Assembly: GCA_037446635.1 (NCBI GenBank)
Contig: JBBIIG010000009.1
Coordinates: 1-64,000, forward strand
Reading direction: 5' to 3'
DNA: 64,000 nt
Origin: a bacterium
GTDB taxonomy: Bacteria > Zhuqueibacterota > Zhuqueibacteria > Oceanimicrobiales > Oceanimicrobiaceae
The translations under genes were made by a program, and so were the position numbers. Shown in pieces: positions 28,805 to 37,727 of the stretch (position 1 is the first letter of the stretch; every line of letters starts with the position of its first letter). The notes under the pieces are model-generated. The model saw only the letters and a program-made list of their open reading frames with translations. It made no database searches and had not been told where the DNA came from.

Positions 28805-29335
28805 AAGCGTATTAGATTTTTTGTTGATCGCTTCGGCTAGGGCCTCGGCGAATTCGCGCGCGGCGTTGGGTCCAGAGGCGGTGATGATGTTGCCGTCGCG
28901 TTCCAATTTGCTGCCGGTGAAATCTGCGCCTTGCACTTTTAATTTTTCATAAACGGAAACGTGCCCCGTGGCTTTCTTGCCGGTCAGAAGTCCGGCCACC
29001 GCCAGCGTGACGGTCGCGTGCGAGCTGGCCGCGACGACTTTGCCTTCGTTCGCCGCGGCGCGCGCTATTTCATGCGCGGTGACGTCGTGCCAGTACTGAC
29101 TGGCGCCGGTGCCGCCGATGAACACCACGGCGTCGAATTCCTGGCCGTTGACTTCGTCGATTAACAAATCGGGATCTAGTTTCATTCCCTGCATTCCGGC
29201 CGCGCCTTTTTTGATAGTGGAGGCAACAGTAATTTTCGCCCCATTTTTTTCCAACCGTTCGCGGACCGCTTGATACTCCTCATCGCGAAAATTGTTGTGC
29301 GCTAAAATTATCAAAACCGATTTGGATTGAGCCAT
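28790..29335 (-). CDS. DJ-1/PfpI family protein
   Basis: NFRDEE, DAVVFIGG, DGNIITA; the usual nucleophile Cys appears replaced (AASSHA). Confidence 0.88.
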   Translation of the reverse strand: MAQSKSVLIILAHNNFRDEEYQAVRERLEKNGAKITVASTIKKGAAGMQGMKLDPDLLIDEVNGQEFDAVVFIGGTGASQYWHDVTAHEIARAAANEGKVVAASSHATVTLAVAGLLTGKKATGHVSVYEKLKVQGADFTGSKLERDGNIITASGPNAAREFAEALAEAINKKSNTLVGNA

Positions 29336-29344
29336 CGCTCCTCC

Positions 29345-29668
29345 TCAAATAGTTTCTGGCCAACGGTAAATTAGGCGTTCCACAGGTTTGCCACTTTGTA
29401 GGTGACTTTCAATGATTTCCGAAACGTCTTCTGGCTTCACCCCGGCGTACCACGTGGCCTCCGGATAGACCACGACCACCGGGCCATTTTCGCACGGTCC
29501 AAGACAGCCGCAGGCGGTAACTTTCACTTCATTCAGCAGCCCTAATTTTTCGAGGCGTTCCTGAAAACTGGCGAGAAGGGGGTGGCCGCCGCTTGGTCCG
29601 CACGAAGGCTTGGCGAACGGCGGGCGGGTGTTGGTGCAGACAAAAAAGTGGTATTTGAATTTGAACAT
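29345..29668 (-). CDS. Thioredoxin-like [2Fe-2S] ferredoxin
   Basis: FVCTN...C...CLGPC..GP.VVVYPE..WY. Confidence 0.92.
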   Translation of the reverse strand: MFKFKYHFFVCTNTRPPFAKPSCGPSGGHPLLASFQERLEKLGLLNEVKVTACGCLGPCENGPVVVVYPEATWYAGVKPEDVSEIIESHLQSGKPVERLIYRWPETI

Positions 29669-29674
29669 TTGATG

Positions 29675-29992
29675 CTAAACTAATTTTATTCCTGTTTTCA
29701 AAATTTCTTTCACGAATGGGTTCCGCATATCAAAGTCTTTTGGAGAAAAAGGGATCACTTCAATTTCACTACTCACGGATAGGGTAATCATTCTTATTTT
29801 GTCTTTATCATCGATGCGATTGCCCCCGAATATTTCAGACACCAACGCAATGTCGATGTCGCTCCATTCGTGATAGTTCCCTTTTGCGCAACTGCCAAAA
29901 AGTATCGCTCTTTTGATTGGAATTTTATTCTGCCTTAAGGCTTCTAGATATCTATCAACAATATTTTTCACTTTAGCTGGGATCTGAGCCAT
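29675..29992 (-). CDS. Minimal nucleotidyltransferase (MNT) antitoxin-like protein
   Basis: LFGSCAKG...SDIDIALV. Confidence 0.88.
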   Translation of the reverse strand: MAQIPAKVKNIVDRYLEALRQNKIPIKRAILFGSCAKGNYHEWSDIDIALVSEIFGGNRIDDKDKIRMITLSVSSEIEVIPFSPKDFDMRNPFVKEILKTGIKLV

Positions 29993-30360
29993 ACATGTAA
30001 CTCCTTTATTTTGCTCAAAAACTCTTTGGCATATTCTGCATCGCAGCGCTTATAGAACTCGGACTTATATTCAGGGTATCGGGTCTGAATATTGAAATCA
30101 GTAATTTTGTCCAATAGAAAGCTTTGATTTTCATTCAACTCTATTTTTGATAACTCAGCTAATCTAACGAGCTTGTGAGTTAATGGCGGCATCTCATTGT
30201 CATTTCTGTCCACAAAAATTGCCTTCAAAATTTTTTCCAGTGCCAGATGCCCTACAAAAAGAGACCAGTCATATCTTCCGGATTCGAATATGCTCTCTGC
30301 AGATTCAAGATCGTGCTGAGAGCCTTCAACCCAATATTTGATGTGCTCTTCTTTGGTCAT
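29968..30360 (-). CDS. HEPN domain protein
   Basis: DLESA...YDWSLF..H..LEKILKA, THKL..L, TRYP. Confidence 0.88.
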   Translation of the reverse strand: MTKEEHIKYWVEGSQHDLESAESIFESGRYDWSLFVGHLALEKILKAIFVDRNDNEMPPLTHKLVRLAELSKIELNENQSFLLDKITDFNIQTRYPEYKSEFYKRCDAEYAKEFLSKIKELHVWLRSQLK

Positions 30361-30372
30361 ATCAATTCAGAA

Positions 30373-30675
30373 TTATTTTTTAAAACTCATTCCCGCTTTC
30401 TCTTCCACCGATTTTATCTTATCATCGAAAGCGTAGTCGCTTTTTGAATCATCGATTTTGATTTGCGTCATCACGCGGTCGTAATCGGCGCGCACCGCCT
30501 CGTGGCATTTTTGGATGACCTTCATGACGTCGTTCCATTCGCCTTTGATGAGCGTACCCATGGGCGTGAGCCGATACTCCAATCCACTCTCGTGAATAAT
30601 CTTCACTGCCTTTGCTATCGGTTCGCTCAAACTCGCATTGTTGCTAATGGGCATGATGCTGAATTGTACCATCAT
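30373..30675 (-). CDS. MTH1187-family thiamine-binding protein
   Basis: FSIMP, SGLEYRLTPMGTLIKG, IKIDD. Confidence 0.9.
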   Translation of the reverse strand: MMVQFSIMPISNNASLSEPIAKAVKIIHESGLEYRLTPMGTLIKGEWNDVMKVIQKCHEAVRADYDRVMTQIKIDDSKSDYAFDDKIKSVEEKAGMSFKK

Positions 30676-30744
30676 CTTTTTTAATTCTCCCTTCCTCTAT
30701 ATTTAATTCGATGAACCTGTATTCTGAAAATTCTTCATCACAAT

Positions 30745-30822
30745 TGGAGTAATGGAGTTTTGGATTAATGGATTAATGAAAAGCAAACATCACAAATCCA
30801 GAAATCCCTCAATCCATTAATC
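30745..30822. repeat. Octamer-periodic inverted repeat (TGGATTAA/AATCCATT family)
   Basis: tggagtaatggagttttggattaatggattaatg ... aatccagaaatccctcaatccattaatcc; second copy at 34008-34093. Confidence 0.7.
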
Positions 30823-31237
30823 CCTTCGGGATCATACCTTCCACCCACGCTTCGCCATCCACGAAGTATTCTTTTTTCCAAATTGGCACCGTTTCTTTCA
30901 ACGCATCGATCGCAAAACGGCAGGCTGCGAAGGCATCTTTGCGATGGGCGGAGGCCACGGCGATGGCTACGCTGACGTCACCCAATTGCAATTTCCCGAT
31001 GCGGTGCACCATCACGATTTTTTTGATCGGCCAGCGTTGAAAAGCCGCGTCCTCAATTTCCTGCATTGTTTTGAGCGCCATTTCGGGGTAGGCCTCGTAG
31101 TCCATTTTCGTCACCCGCCGGCCCTCGGCGTGATCGCGAACGCGGCCTAAAAACAGCACCACGCCGCCGCTGGAATGATCTTCCATCCCGTCTAAAATTT
31201 CATCGATGCTGATTTTTTCCGAAACTAATTTTACCAA
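30809..31237 (-). CDS. moaE: Molybdopterin synthase catalytic subunit
   Basis: F.G.VR, YEAYPEMA, HRIG, SAHR, PIWKKE; TTG start preceded by GGAGGA. Confidence 0.95.
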   Translation of the reverse strand: MVKLVSEKISIDEILDGMEDHSSGGVVLFLGRVRDHAEGRRVTKMDYEAYPEMALKTMQEIEDAAFQRWPIKKIVMVHRIGKLQLGDVSVAIAVASAHRKDAFAACRFAIDALKETVPIWKKEYFVDGEAWVEGMIPKGLMD

Positions 31238-31485
31238 CTCGATCCTCCGCTGATGGGTGGCAGCAGCGCCACTTCGTCGCCGTCTTTTAAAATCGTCTCC
31301 TTCGCAGCGTATTCATTATTAACCGCCACGCTCACTACTTTCAGATGCGCGCGCAAACTTGGGAAGCGCTCAGCGACGATCCCTTTCAGATCGTTCACCG
31401 TGGCATCGACCCGCACTTCGATTTCCGTTTCCTGCAATTTAGCCAGCTCGCGCAATTGGCCAAAAAATTTCAGCTTGATTTTCAT
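31231..31485 (-). CDS. moaD: Molybdopterin synthase sulfur carrier with a 3-residue extension after Gly-Gly
   Basis: MKIKLKFFGQLRE...AVNNEY...DGDEVALLPPISGG-SSW*; start at ATG 31485 inside the longer called ORF. Confidence 0.9.
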   Translation of the reverse strand: MKIKLKFFGQLRELAKLQETEIEVRVDATVNDLKGIVAERFPSLRAHLKVVSVAVNNEYAAKETILKDGDEVALLPPISGGSSW

Positions 31486-31940
31486 GGCGCCGAAACTCCG
31501 GCGGCGATTTTTTCTTTCTGTTCTTTTTCCACGAGCGACATCGCGAGGTTGTGATCGAACCCGCGGTGCGTCGGGTCTTCCTCGAAGCCGCGGTAAATCG
31601 CGCGGCAGTGGTAGCAAATGGTCACCGTCTTCAAAACTTTGTATAAAATGAAATCGATGATAGTGGCGATGAGCAGCGTCAAGCCGTAGGTGTGATAACT
31701 GAACACCACGCCGATTCCAAAAATCAGCAGCCCCAAGCGCGGGTTGAAATCTTTTTGTACGTAAAAACGGATTTTGTCGCACAGCACGCAGCGATCGACT
31801 TTGCCGCCGCTTTGCATGCTCTGGCTGAGTCGAACGTTTACAGCGTTGCCGCAATGCGCGCACACGAGTTTGTCTTCCGGCCGCGACAACTCTTTCAAAT
31901 TATCTTTCTGGCAATTCTCGCAAACGTATTCAACAGTCAT
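31482..31940 (-). CDS. Zn-ribbon-containing membrane protein, unknown function
   Basis: Four CxxC motifs and a central hydrophobic hairpin. Confidence 0.75.
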   Translation of the reverse strand: MTVEYVCENCQKDNLKELSRPEDKLVCAHCGNAVNVRLSQSMQSGGKVDRCVLCDKIRFYVQKDFNPRLGLLIFGIGVVFSYHTYGLTLLIATIIDFILYKVLKTVTICYHCRAIYRGFEEDPTHRGFDHNLAMSLVEKEQKEKIAAGVSAP

Positions 31941-31943
31941 CGC

Positions 31944-32618
31944 TCAATTCCAACTCGGGTCTTTGGGGATAAATTTGATTTTCCTGGTGACTTCAATTGC
32001 AGTTAACCTGTCGCTTAGAATTTTTTTTAGTTTTTCATAACGCAATTCGAGGTCGCCAATTTCGAGCAGCTCCTGTTTTTCGCCAATACTAAAATCCAAA
32101 ATGGCGGCCGACTGGTTGATGATGGCTTCGAAGGAAGAACTGAGGTTGATGAAATTTTCAAAATTTGCAATCCCTGTTGCGGACAAATAGCGGTGCAGCA
32201 TTCCCAAAAAATTTTCCGACTCGCTCTTTTCGTTGAAACTATCGTGATCGAAATGAATGTCTTTGAGTAGCTGCACGGTGGCGGCGCGGTACGGCTGCTC
32301 CTGCACGAAATCAACAATTCGCACGCGGCTGGTGCCGTACAACAAAATGTTGAATTTGCCGTCGTTTAACTTTTCCGAGTACTGGATTTCGCCGACACAG
32401 GCGATCTCGTGCACCTCCGGGCTGCCGAAATAATCCTGCTCCCAGCCATCTTTCAACAGGGCGACGACGATTTGATTTGTGCCGGCGAGTGCATCTTCAG
32501 TCATCTTGCGATAGCGCGGCTCGAAAATGTGCAGCGGCAAAAGCGTCTTCGGAAAGAAGACGACGTTGGGCAGCGGGAAGATTGGAATCGCTGTGATGGA
32601 TTGTACTTTACTGGGCAT
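31944..32618 (-). CDS. LON peptidase substrate-binding (N-terminal) domain protein
   Basis: PIFPLPNVVFFP, LPLHIFEPRY, DGKFNI; start could alternatively be 32642. Confidence 0.9.
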   Translation of the reverse strand: MPSKVQSITAIPIFPLPNVVFFPKTLLPLHIFEPRYRKMTEDALAGTNQIVVALLKDGWEQDYFGSPEVHEIACVGEIQYSEKLNDGKFNILLYGTSRVRIVDFVQEQPYRAATVQLLKDIHFDHDSFNEKSESENFLGMLHRYLSATGIANFENFINLSSSFEAIINQSAAILDFSIGEKQELLEIGDLELRYEKLKKILSDRLTAIEVTRKIKFIPKDPSWN

Positions 32619-33999
32619 GATCACTATTGCCTTTTGTTTCATATAAAACTGTGCCGCGTTCCACAATTGAAGTGATAAAAGCTTCTTTGACGTTTTTCCA
32701 TTCTTCTATTTCCTGTTCTGTGTAAACCAAAATATCTTTGGGAGTACTAACCAGCCCCCACAGGTGTTTTCTAAGCTCTCGCGCGCGTTTATGACGCGGG
32801 AGAGCACTGTTTTTTACTACGACCAAAAAGTCAAGATCGCTATCATCGCGAGGCGTTCCATAAGCATGCGATCCAAACAAAACAACTTTTTGCGGTTGAA
32901 TCGCATGGACGATTTTTTCAGTAATGGTTTTGATTTCCTGTTTGAATTTCATAGCGCTTTTTCGGCTGATAGTCTTCAATTTTTCAATCGCCCACCTGGC
33001 GTGCTCTGCGATGATTGGATCTTCGTTTTCCGCCAATTCCTGTAAATAGGGAAGGAAATCTTTTTCCCCGGAATTGCCCATCGCCGCCGCAACGTTGCGT
33101 AACAACCCGCGGCGCTTTGTTCTTTTGATGGGACTTTTCCGAAACATCTCGCTGAAATCCTCTGCCGTCAACTTTGTCAACGCCGCCAAATCTGGGTAGA
33201 AAAAATTCTCGCGCGGTTGAAACGCCGGCGCTTCTGTTACCGGCGCTTTGCGATTCCACGGGCACACGTCCTGACAAATATCGCAGCCAAAAATGTGATT
33301 TCCAATTCCGTCGCGCAACTCCAGCGGAATTTCATCGCGCAGCTCGATGGTGAGATACGAGATGCACTTGCGCGCATCGAGAACGTAAGGTTCGAGAATC
33401 GCTTCCGTGGGACAAGCCTCGATGCAGCGGTTGCAGGTGCCGCAACGATCGGGAACCGGCGCGTCGTATTCCAACTCGAGGTTGGTGATGATTTCGCCGA
33501 GAAAAAACCACGAGCCTTTTTGCTGATTGATGATACAGGTGTTTTTGCCAAACCAGCCGATGCCGGCGTATTTGGCAAACACTCGATCCACCACCGGACC
33601 AGTATCAACATAAACTCGGCCGACCACCTCTTCGGCGCTTTCTTTTTTTATGAAATCGAGCAACTCAAAGAGCTTGCTTTCGAGAACGCTGTGATAATCG
33701 TCGCCCCAGGCGTAGCGGGAAATCCAGCCGCGCGTGGGGTCGTGCATTTCGGTGGAAAGCGGATAATCCGTGTGGTACACCAGCGCGCACACGATCACCG
33801 ATTTCGCCTCCGGAATGACCGGCACTTCGCCGCTGCGTTTATTGACGTTGCGCTCGAGGTACTGCATTTTGCCAGCATGTCCGGCGGCGATCCAGTCTTT
33901 GTAAAACGACAGCTCCGGCATCGGCTCCAGCGGCGCCACGCCCACCAGATCGAAACCCAGCTCCCGCGCCTTTTCCTTTATTGTAAACGTCAGCGACAT
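32608..33999 (-). CDS. queG: Epoxyqueuosine reductase with an in-frame C-terminal MNT nucleotidyltransferase domain
   Basis: SRYAWGDDYH, VDTGP, CGTCNRCIEACPT, GCDICQDVCPWN; after the HEAT-like end, MKFK...LFGSHAYG...SDLD...VLYE (32608-32952). Confidence 0.92.
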   Translation of the reverse strand: MSLTFTIKEKARELGFDLVGVAPLEPMPELSFYKDWIAAGHAGKMQYLERNVNKRSGEVPVIPEAKSVIVCALVYHTDYPLSTEMHDPTRGWISRYAWGDDYHSVLESKLFELLDFIKKESAEEVVGRVYVDTGPVVDRVFAKYAGIGWFGKNTCIINQQKGSWFFLGEIITNLELEYDAPVPDRCGTCNRCIEACPTEAILEPYVLDARKCISYLTIELRDEIPLELRDGIGNHIFGCDICQDVCPWNRKAPVTEAPAFQPRENFFYPDLAALTKLTAEDFSEMFRKSPIKRTKRRGLLRNVAAAMGNSGEKDFLPYLQELAENEDPIIAEHARWAIEKLKTISRKSAMKFKQEIKTITEKIVHAIQPQKVVLFGSHAYGTPRDDSDLDFLVVVKNSALPRHKRARELRKHLWGLVSTPKDILVYTEQEIEEWKNVKEAFITSIVERGTVLYETKGNSDHAQ

Positions 34000-34007
34000 T
34001 TCACAAA

Positions 34008-34093
34008 TCGGATTATTGAGTATTGGAGTAATGGATCAATGAAATCAAATCACATCGATCCATTGATCCATCAATCCATTAATCCAGCAATCC
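34008..34093. repeat. Octamer-periodic inverted repeat
   Basis: ttgagtattggagtaatggatcaatg ... gatccattgatccatcaatccattaatccagcaatcc. Confidence 0.7.
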
Positions 34094-34106
34094 ACCTGCG
34101 AGTAAT

Positions 34107-34412
34107 CTAAATCTTCACCTGCACCTCGTCCCCGACCACCTGCACCTCGTAGGTTTTCAGCTTCGCGGCCGGGTCGAGCACGTTTTCGCCGGTGACCACA
34201 TCGTATTGCCAGCCGTGCCAGGGGCAGGTGACAATCGCATCCTGCAAATCCCCCTCGCCGAGCGGGCCGCCGCGGTGCAGGCAGGTGTTGTCGGTGGCGT
34301 AGAATTTCCCGCCGACGTTGTAGAGCGCCAGAGTCAGTCCCTGCGCCTTCACTACTTTGCATTCGCCGGGTTTGAGCTCGTCGCTGCGGGCAATAGTTAC
34401 AAATTCAGCCAT
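34107..34412 (-). CDS. Rieske-type ferredoxin
   Basis: CLH...CPWH. Confidence 0.93.
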   Translation of the reverse strand: MAEFVTIARSDELKPGECKVVKAQGLTLALYNVGGKFYATDNTCLHRGGPLGEGDLQDAIVTCPWHGWQYDVVTGENVLDPAAKLKTYEVQVVGDEVQVKI

Positions 34413-34537
34413 AGTTTTAAAAGTTTAATGAGCAAATTACGGCTCAAATATAGAGAAGGGAATTGTAAAGTTCAAGAAATTATTGGGAAGGAGGCTTGCA
34501 AGTTAACCACGAATTGCACGAATTTTCACCAATTTTA

Positions 34538-35068
34538 TCAATTCGTGTCCATTGGTGTAATTCGTGGTTTATTCTTAAAATGCGCTTTCTGTTGAATGCG
34601 AAACTCGCGGCGCTCGCCGGCAGCGATCCAGCGGCGTTTCTCGTCGTCGGTTTCGGGAACCACGGGTTCGACGGGCGTGGGTTGGTTTTGCTCGTCCAGC
34701 GCCACAAAGGTGAGGTAGGCAGTGCTGGTGTGCTTCTGCTCGCCGGTTTTTAGATTTTCGGAGAGAACTTTTGCGCCGCATTCCATCGACGTTCGAAACA
34801 CGCGATTGACCGCGGCTTTAACAATAATCAGCTCGCCCACTTTGATGGGATGTTTGAAATCGAGGTAATCCATCGAGGCGGTGACCACCGGCCGGCGGCA
34901 GTGTCGGTGCGCCGCAATCGCGCAGGCGATGTCAATCATGTGCATGACTTTTCCGCCTAACACGTTGCCGAGCGTGTTGGCATCGTTGGGCAGGATGATC
35001 TCCGTCATCTCGATGTAACTGGCGGAAACGGGCTTGCCGGTTTCTGGGAATTTGGGGAAATTGGACAT
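34538..35068 (-). CDS. Acyl-CoA thioesterase (hotdog fold)
   Basis: PNDANTLGNVLGG, VTAS, TSME, TFVALD; tail runs into a nonamer repeat. Confidence 0.92.
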   Translation of the reverse strand: MSNFPKFPETGKPVSASYIEMTEIILPNDANTLGNVLGGKVMHMIDIACAIAAHRHCRRPVVTASMDYLDFKHPIKVGELIIVKAAVNRVFRTSMECGAKVLSENLKTGEQKHTSTAYLTFVALDEQNQPTPVEPVVPETDDEKRRWIAAGERREFRIQQKAHFKNKPRITPMDTN

Positions 35069-35097
35069 GACGTAATTGTATTCGAAAAAAACTTTGG

Positions 35098-35257
35098 CTA
35101 TTTGAAGTGCCTCGTGAAATCCATTGCATCATGAAGGACTCTTATGACCTCAATGATGGTTTTCTCTTTACGATAAAAGATCACATGTCTGCTCCCATAT
35201 TTCCTCAAGATCGCGATCCGCTCTTAAGGTGAGTTTATAGCGGACTTTGGTTTTCAA
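35098..35257 (-). pseudogene. parE: ParE/RelE toxin remnant with internal deletion and frameshift
   Basis: N-part YKLTLRADRDLEEIW joined out of frame to C-part RHVIFYRK...IEVIRVLHDAMDFTRHF*; TTG start overlaps the antitoxin stop. Confidence 0.8.
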
Positions 35258-35496
35258 GTTTGTTTAGTCTCTTTATCTCTAATAATATCCTGAACTGATC
35301 TTTTGCTGAATTGCCCCGTTTCGGCCTCTTCGATTCCAATCGCGATCTCTTCGTTGAGTTGATGCAGTTTTAGTTGGTCTCTTTCTACGGCTTTTAAGAT
35401 AGCTTCTCGAATAAATTCAGAAGCATTTTGATAGTGGCCCGTGGCCACTCTGTCCTTAATGATCTGTTCCACTTCGGGTGAAAGTTCTATTTTCAT
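35254..35496 (-). CDS. parD: ParD-like (RHH) antitoxin
   Basis: I...V.TGHYQNASEFIREA, L..EI..G. Confidence 0.85.
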   Translation of the reverse strand: MKIELSPEVEQIIKDRVATGHYQNASEFIREAILKAVERDQLKLHQLNEEIAIGIEEAETGQFSKRSVQDIIRDKETKQT

Positions 35497-35535
35497 ATCT
35501 TACACCTTTAATTTAAAATCGCTTGGTTATTCAGT

Positions 35536-36450
35536 TCAAAAAACAAACTCCAACCCCTCAGCCCCGGCGGTGGAATTGGGAAAAAGCGCGCGCGTTTTGG
35601 CTTCCATGTCGGCGATCTTTTCGTCGGTGTGATTGGGATCGTGGTGAAAAAGCACGAGGTTTTTGACCTGCGCCGCCTTGGCGACGGCCGCGGCCATTTC
35701 GTAGGTGCTGTGACCAAAGCCTTGTTTGGGGAAATTGGGGTCCCAGTATTCCTCAGGAGTATATTGTGCATCGTGGATGAGCAGGTCGGCGCCTTTGGCG
35801 AATTGAATGAGACGGATATCATTGCCGACGTAGCCCTCGGTGTCGGTCGCGTAAACCACGCTTTTGCCGTTGGCTGCGATGCGATAAGCCGTTACCCCGA
35901 CTTTGGGATGGGCGTAACTGCGCATCAGGCGAATGACCACGCCGTTGGCGGAATTTTTTTGACGGCCGTTTTTGGCAAGGACGGCCGGCGTTTTCGAGTT
36001 GCCCGCGAAAACCAGAATTTGATTTTCGTTGATGGTGTTGATGTTGATTTGCGCCGCCATCTCCTCGAGCTCAACCGGATTGTACTGCGGATGCAGGGTC
36101 GTGGCCAGAACCTGGTCTAAATTTTCAGAAATCGATTTGGGACCATAAACATTTATCACGCAGTTGGGATGATACGCCGGCGCAAAAAACGGCAGCCCCA
36201 AAATATGATCGTAATGCGTGTGTGAAAACAACAGTGTGATGTAAAACGGCGACTCCGCGCCGTTGATCTCCTTGAGCAAGCGTGCGCCCAAATTAATGAT
36301 GCCGGTTCCGGCGTCGAGAATGATGAGATGTTTTTGGGCGCGCACTTCGACGCACGAGGTGTTGCCGCCAAAGCGGAGCGTGCTGTGCCCCGGCACCGGG
36401 TGGCTGCCGCGCACGCCCCAAAATCGTACCAGCAGATTGTTACTCCCCAT
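35536..36450 (-). CDS. MBL-fold metallo-hydrolase
   Basis: FWGVRGS, GGNTSCV, DAGTG, SHTHYDH, HDAQY, GHS, FHHDP. Confidence 0.92.
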   Translation of the reverse strand: MGSNNLLVRFWGVRGSHPVPGHSTLRFGGNTSCVEVRAQKHLIILDAGTGIINLGARLLKEINGAESPFYITLLFSHTHYDHILGLPFFAPAYHPNCVINVYGPKSISENLDQVLATTLHPQYNPVELEEMAAQININTINENQILVFAGNSKTPAVLAKNGRQKNSANGVVIRLMRSYAHPKVGVTAYRIAANGKSVVYATDTEGYVGNDIRLIQFAKGADLLIHDAQYTPEEYWDPNFPKQGFGHSTYEMAAAVAKAAQVKNLVLFHHDPNHTDEKIADMEAKTRALFPNSTAGAEGLEFVF

Positions 36451-36488
36451 AAAATTCCCTTTAGTTGTCTCGGCTCAATGATGCAAAA

Positions 36489-37607
36489 TCAGTTTATTTT
36501 GAAAATCCTTTTGAACGTTGCCGGTTTTTCTTTTGACGCCACTTGCGCCATCACCGACTCGGCGATTTTTTTGAAGGCCTGCGCCACCGGCGATTTCGGC
36601 TCCGCAATCACAATGGGCTCGCCAATGTCGCCGCCCACGCGAATTTTGATATCCAGTGGAATTTCTCCCAAAAAGGGCACGTCGAAATCTTTGCTGGCTT
36701 TCTCGGCGCCGCCGTGGTCGAAAATCTCCGTGCGCTCGTGGCAGTGTGGGCACACGAAGTAGCTCATGTTTTCCACCAACCCTAAAACCGGCACCTCCAC
36801 TTTTTTGAACATGTTGATGCCCTTTTTGGCGTCGGAGAGGGCGACGTCCTGCGGCGTGCTCACCACCACGGCGCCGGTCAGCGGCAGCGATTGCGTGAGG
36901 GTGAGCTGCGCGTCGCCGGTGCCCGGCGGCAAGTCGATGATCAAATAATCCAACTCACCCCAATCGACGTCCTGCAAAAACTGCTGGATCATTCTGCCCA
37001 CTAACGGCCCGCGCCAAATGATAGCGGCATCGCCCTGCGAAATAAATCCCACCGAAACCATCTCCACATTGTAGCGCTCCAGCGGCGCGATTTTGTTGTT
37101 GCGGCCGCCCAATTTGCCGTTGACGCCCATCATCATCGGCACGTTGGGGCCGTAAATGTCCGCGTCCAGCAATCCGACTTTCGCGCCGGTCTGCGCCAGC
37201 GCCACTGCAAGATTCACCGACACCGTGGTTTTGCCCACGCCGCCTTTGCCGCTGGCGACGGCGATGTTGTACTTCGCCGGCGGCTTGAGTTGCGGTTGCG
37301 GCATCGGCGGCCGCATCGCCGGTTGCGGCTGCGGAGGCGGAGTTGAAATGACCTTTAACGGATCGTTAACGCTAGTGTGGATGGTTACGTTGGAAATCCC
37401 AAGGGCTTGCAACGCTTCGCGCGCGTTCTTTTGAACGATTTCTTTATTGGGATAGGTGGGACTTTTGAACTCGATGGTCAGCGAAACTGCGCCATCGTGC
37501 ACCTGCACCTGTTTGATCATGTTTTGCGCGACCAGATTTTCCCCCGAGAGCGGCTCTTGTACATTTGACAACGCAGCGAGAACGTCCTGTTCGGTAATTC
37601 TATTCAT
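36489..37607 (-). CDS. apbC: Mrp/ApbC Fe-S cluster carrier ATPase
   Basis: SGKGGVGKT, DADIYGP, WRGP, DLPPGTGD, ENMS..CPHC. Confidence 0.95.
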   Translation of the reverse strand: MNRITEQDVLAALSNVQEPLSGENLVAQNMIKQVQVHDGAVSLTIEFKSPTYPNKEIVQKNAREALQALGISNVTIHTSVNDPLKVISTPPPQPQPAMRPPMPQPQLKPPAKYNIAVASGKGGVGKTTVSVNLAVALAQTGAKVGLLDADIYGPNVPMMMGVNGKLGGRNNKIAPLERYNVEMVSVGFISQGDAAIIWRGPLVGRMIQQFLQDVDWGELDYLIIDLPPGTGDAQLTLTQSLPLTGAVVVSTPQDVALSDAKKGINMFKKVEVPVLGLVENMSYFVCPHCHERTEIFDHGGAEKASKDFDVPFLGEIPLDIKIRVGGDIGEPIVIAEPKSPVAQAFKKIAESVMAQVASKEKPATFKRIFKIN

Positions 37608-37727
37608 AAAAACAAACCTCTTATATCGCTTAATTTTATGATAAATTTGAAGATTAATTTAGAAGAAAAAATCCCAAAGTCAATTACTTTTAGAGGAGGA
37701 TGGCGGCCGTTAATTTTAGTGTGAGAG

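Noticed and set aside
31486..31863. N-terminal extension of MoaD in the 210-aa ORF call
   Set aside because: It overlaps the Zn-ribbon gene in another frame; the MoaD fold begins at ATG 31485, which is coupled to the upstream stop.
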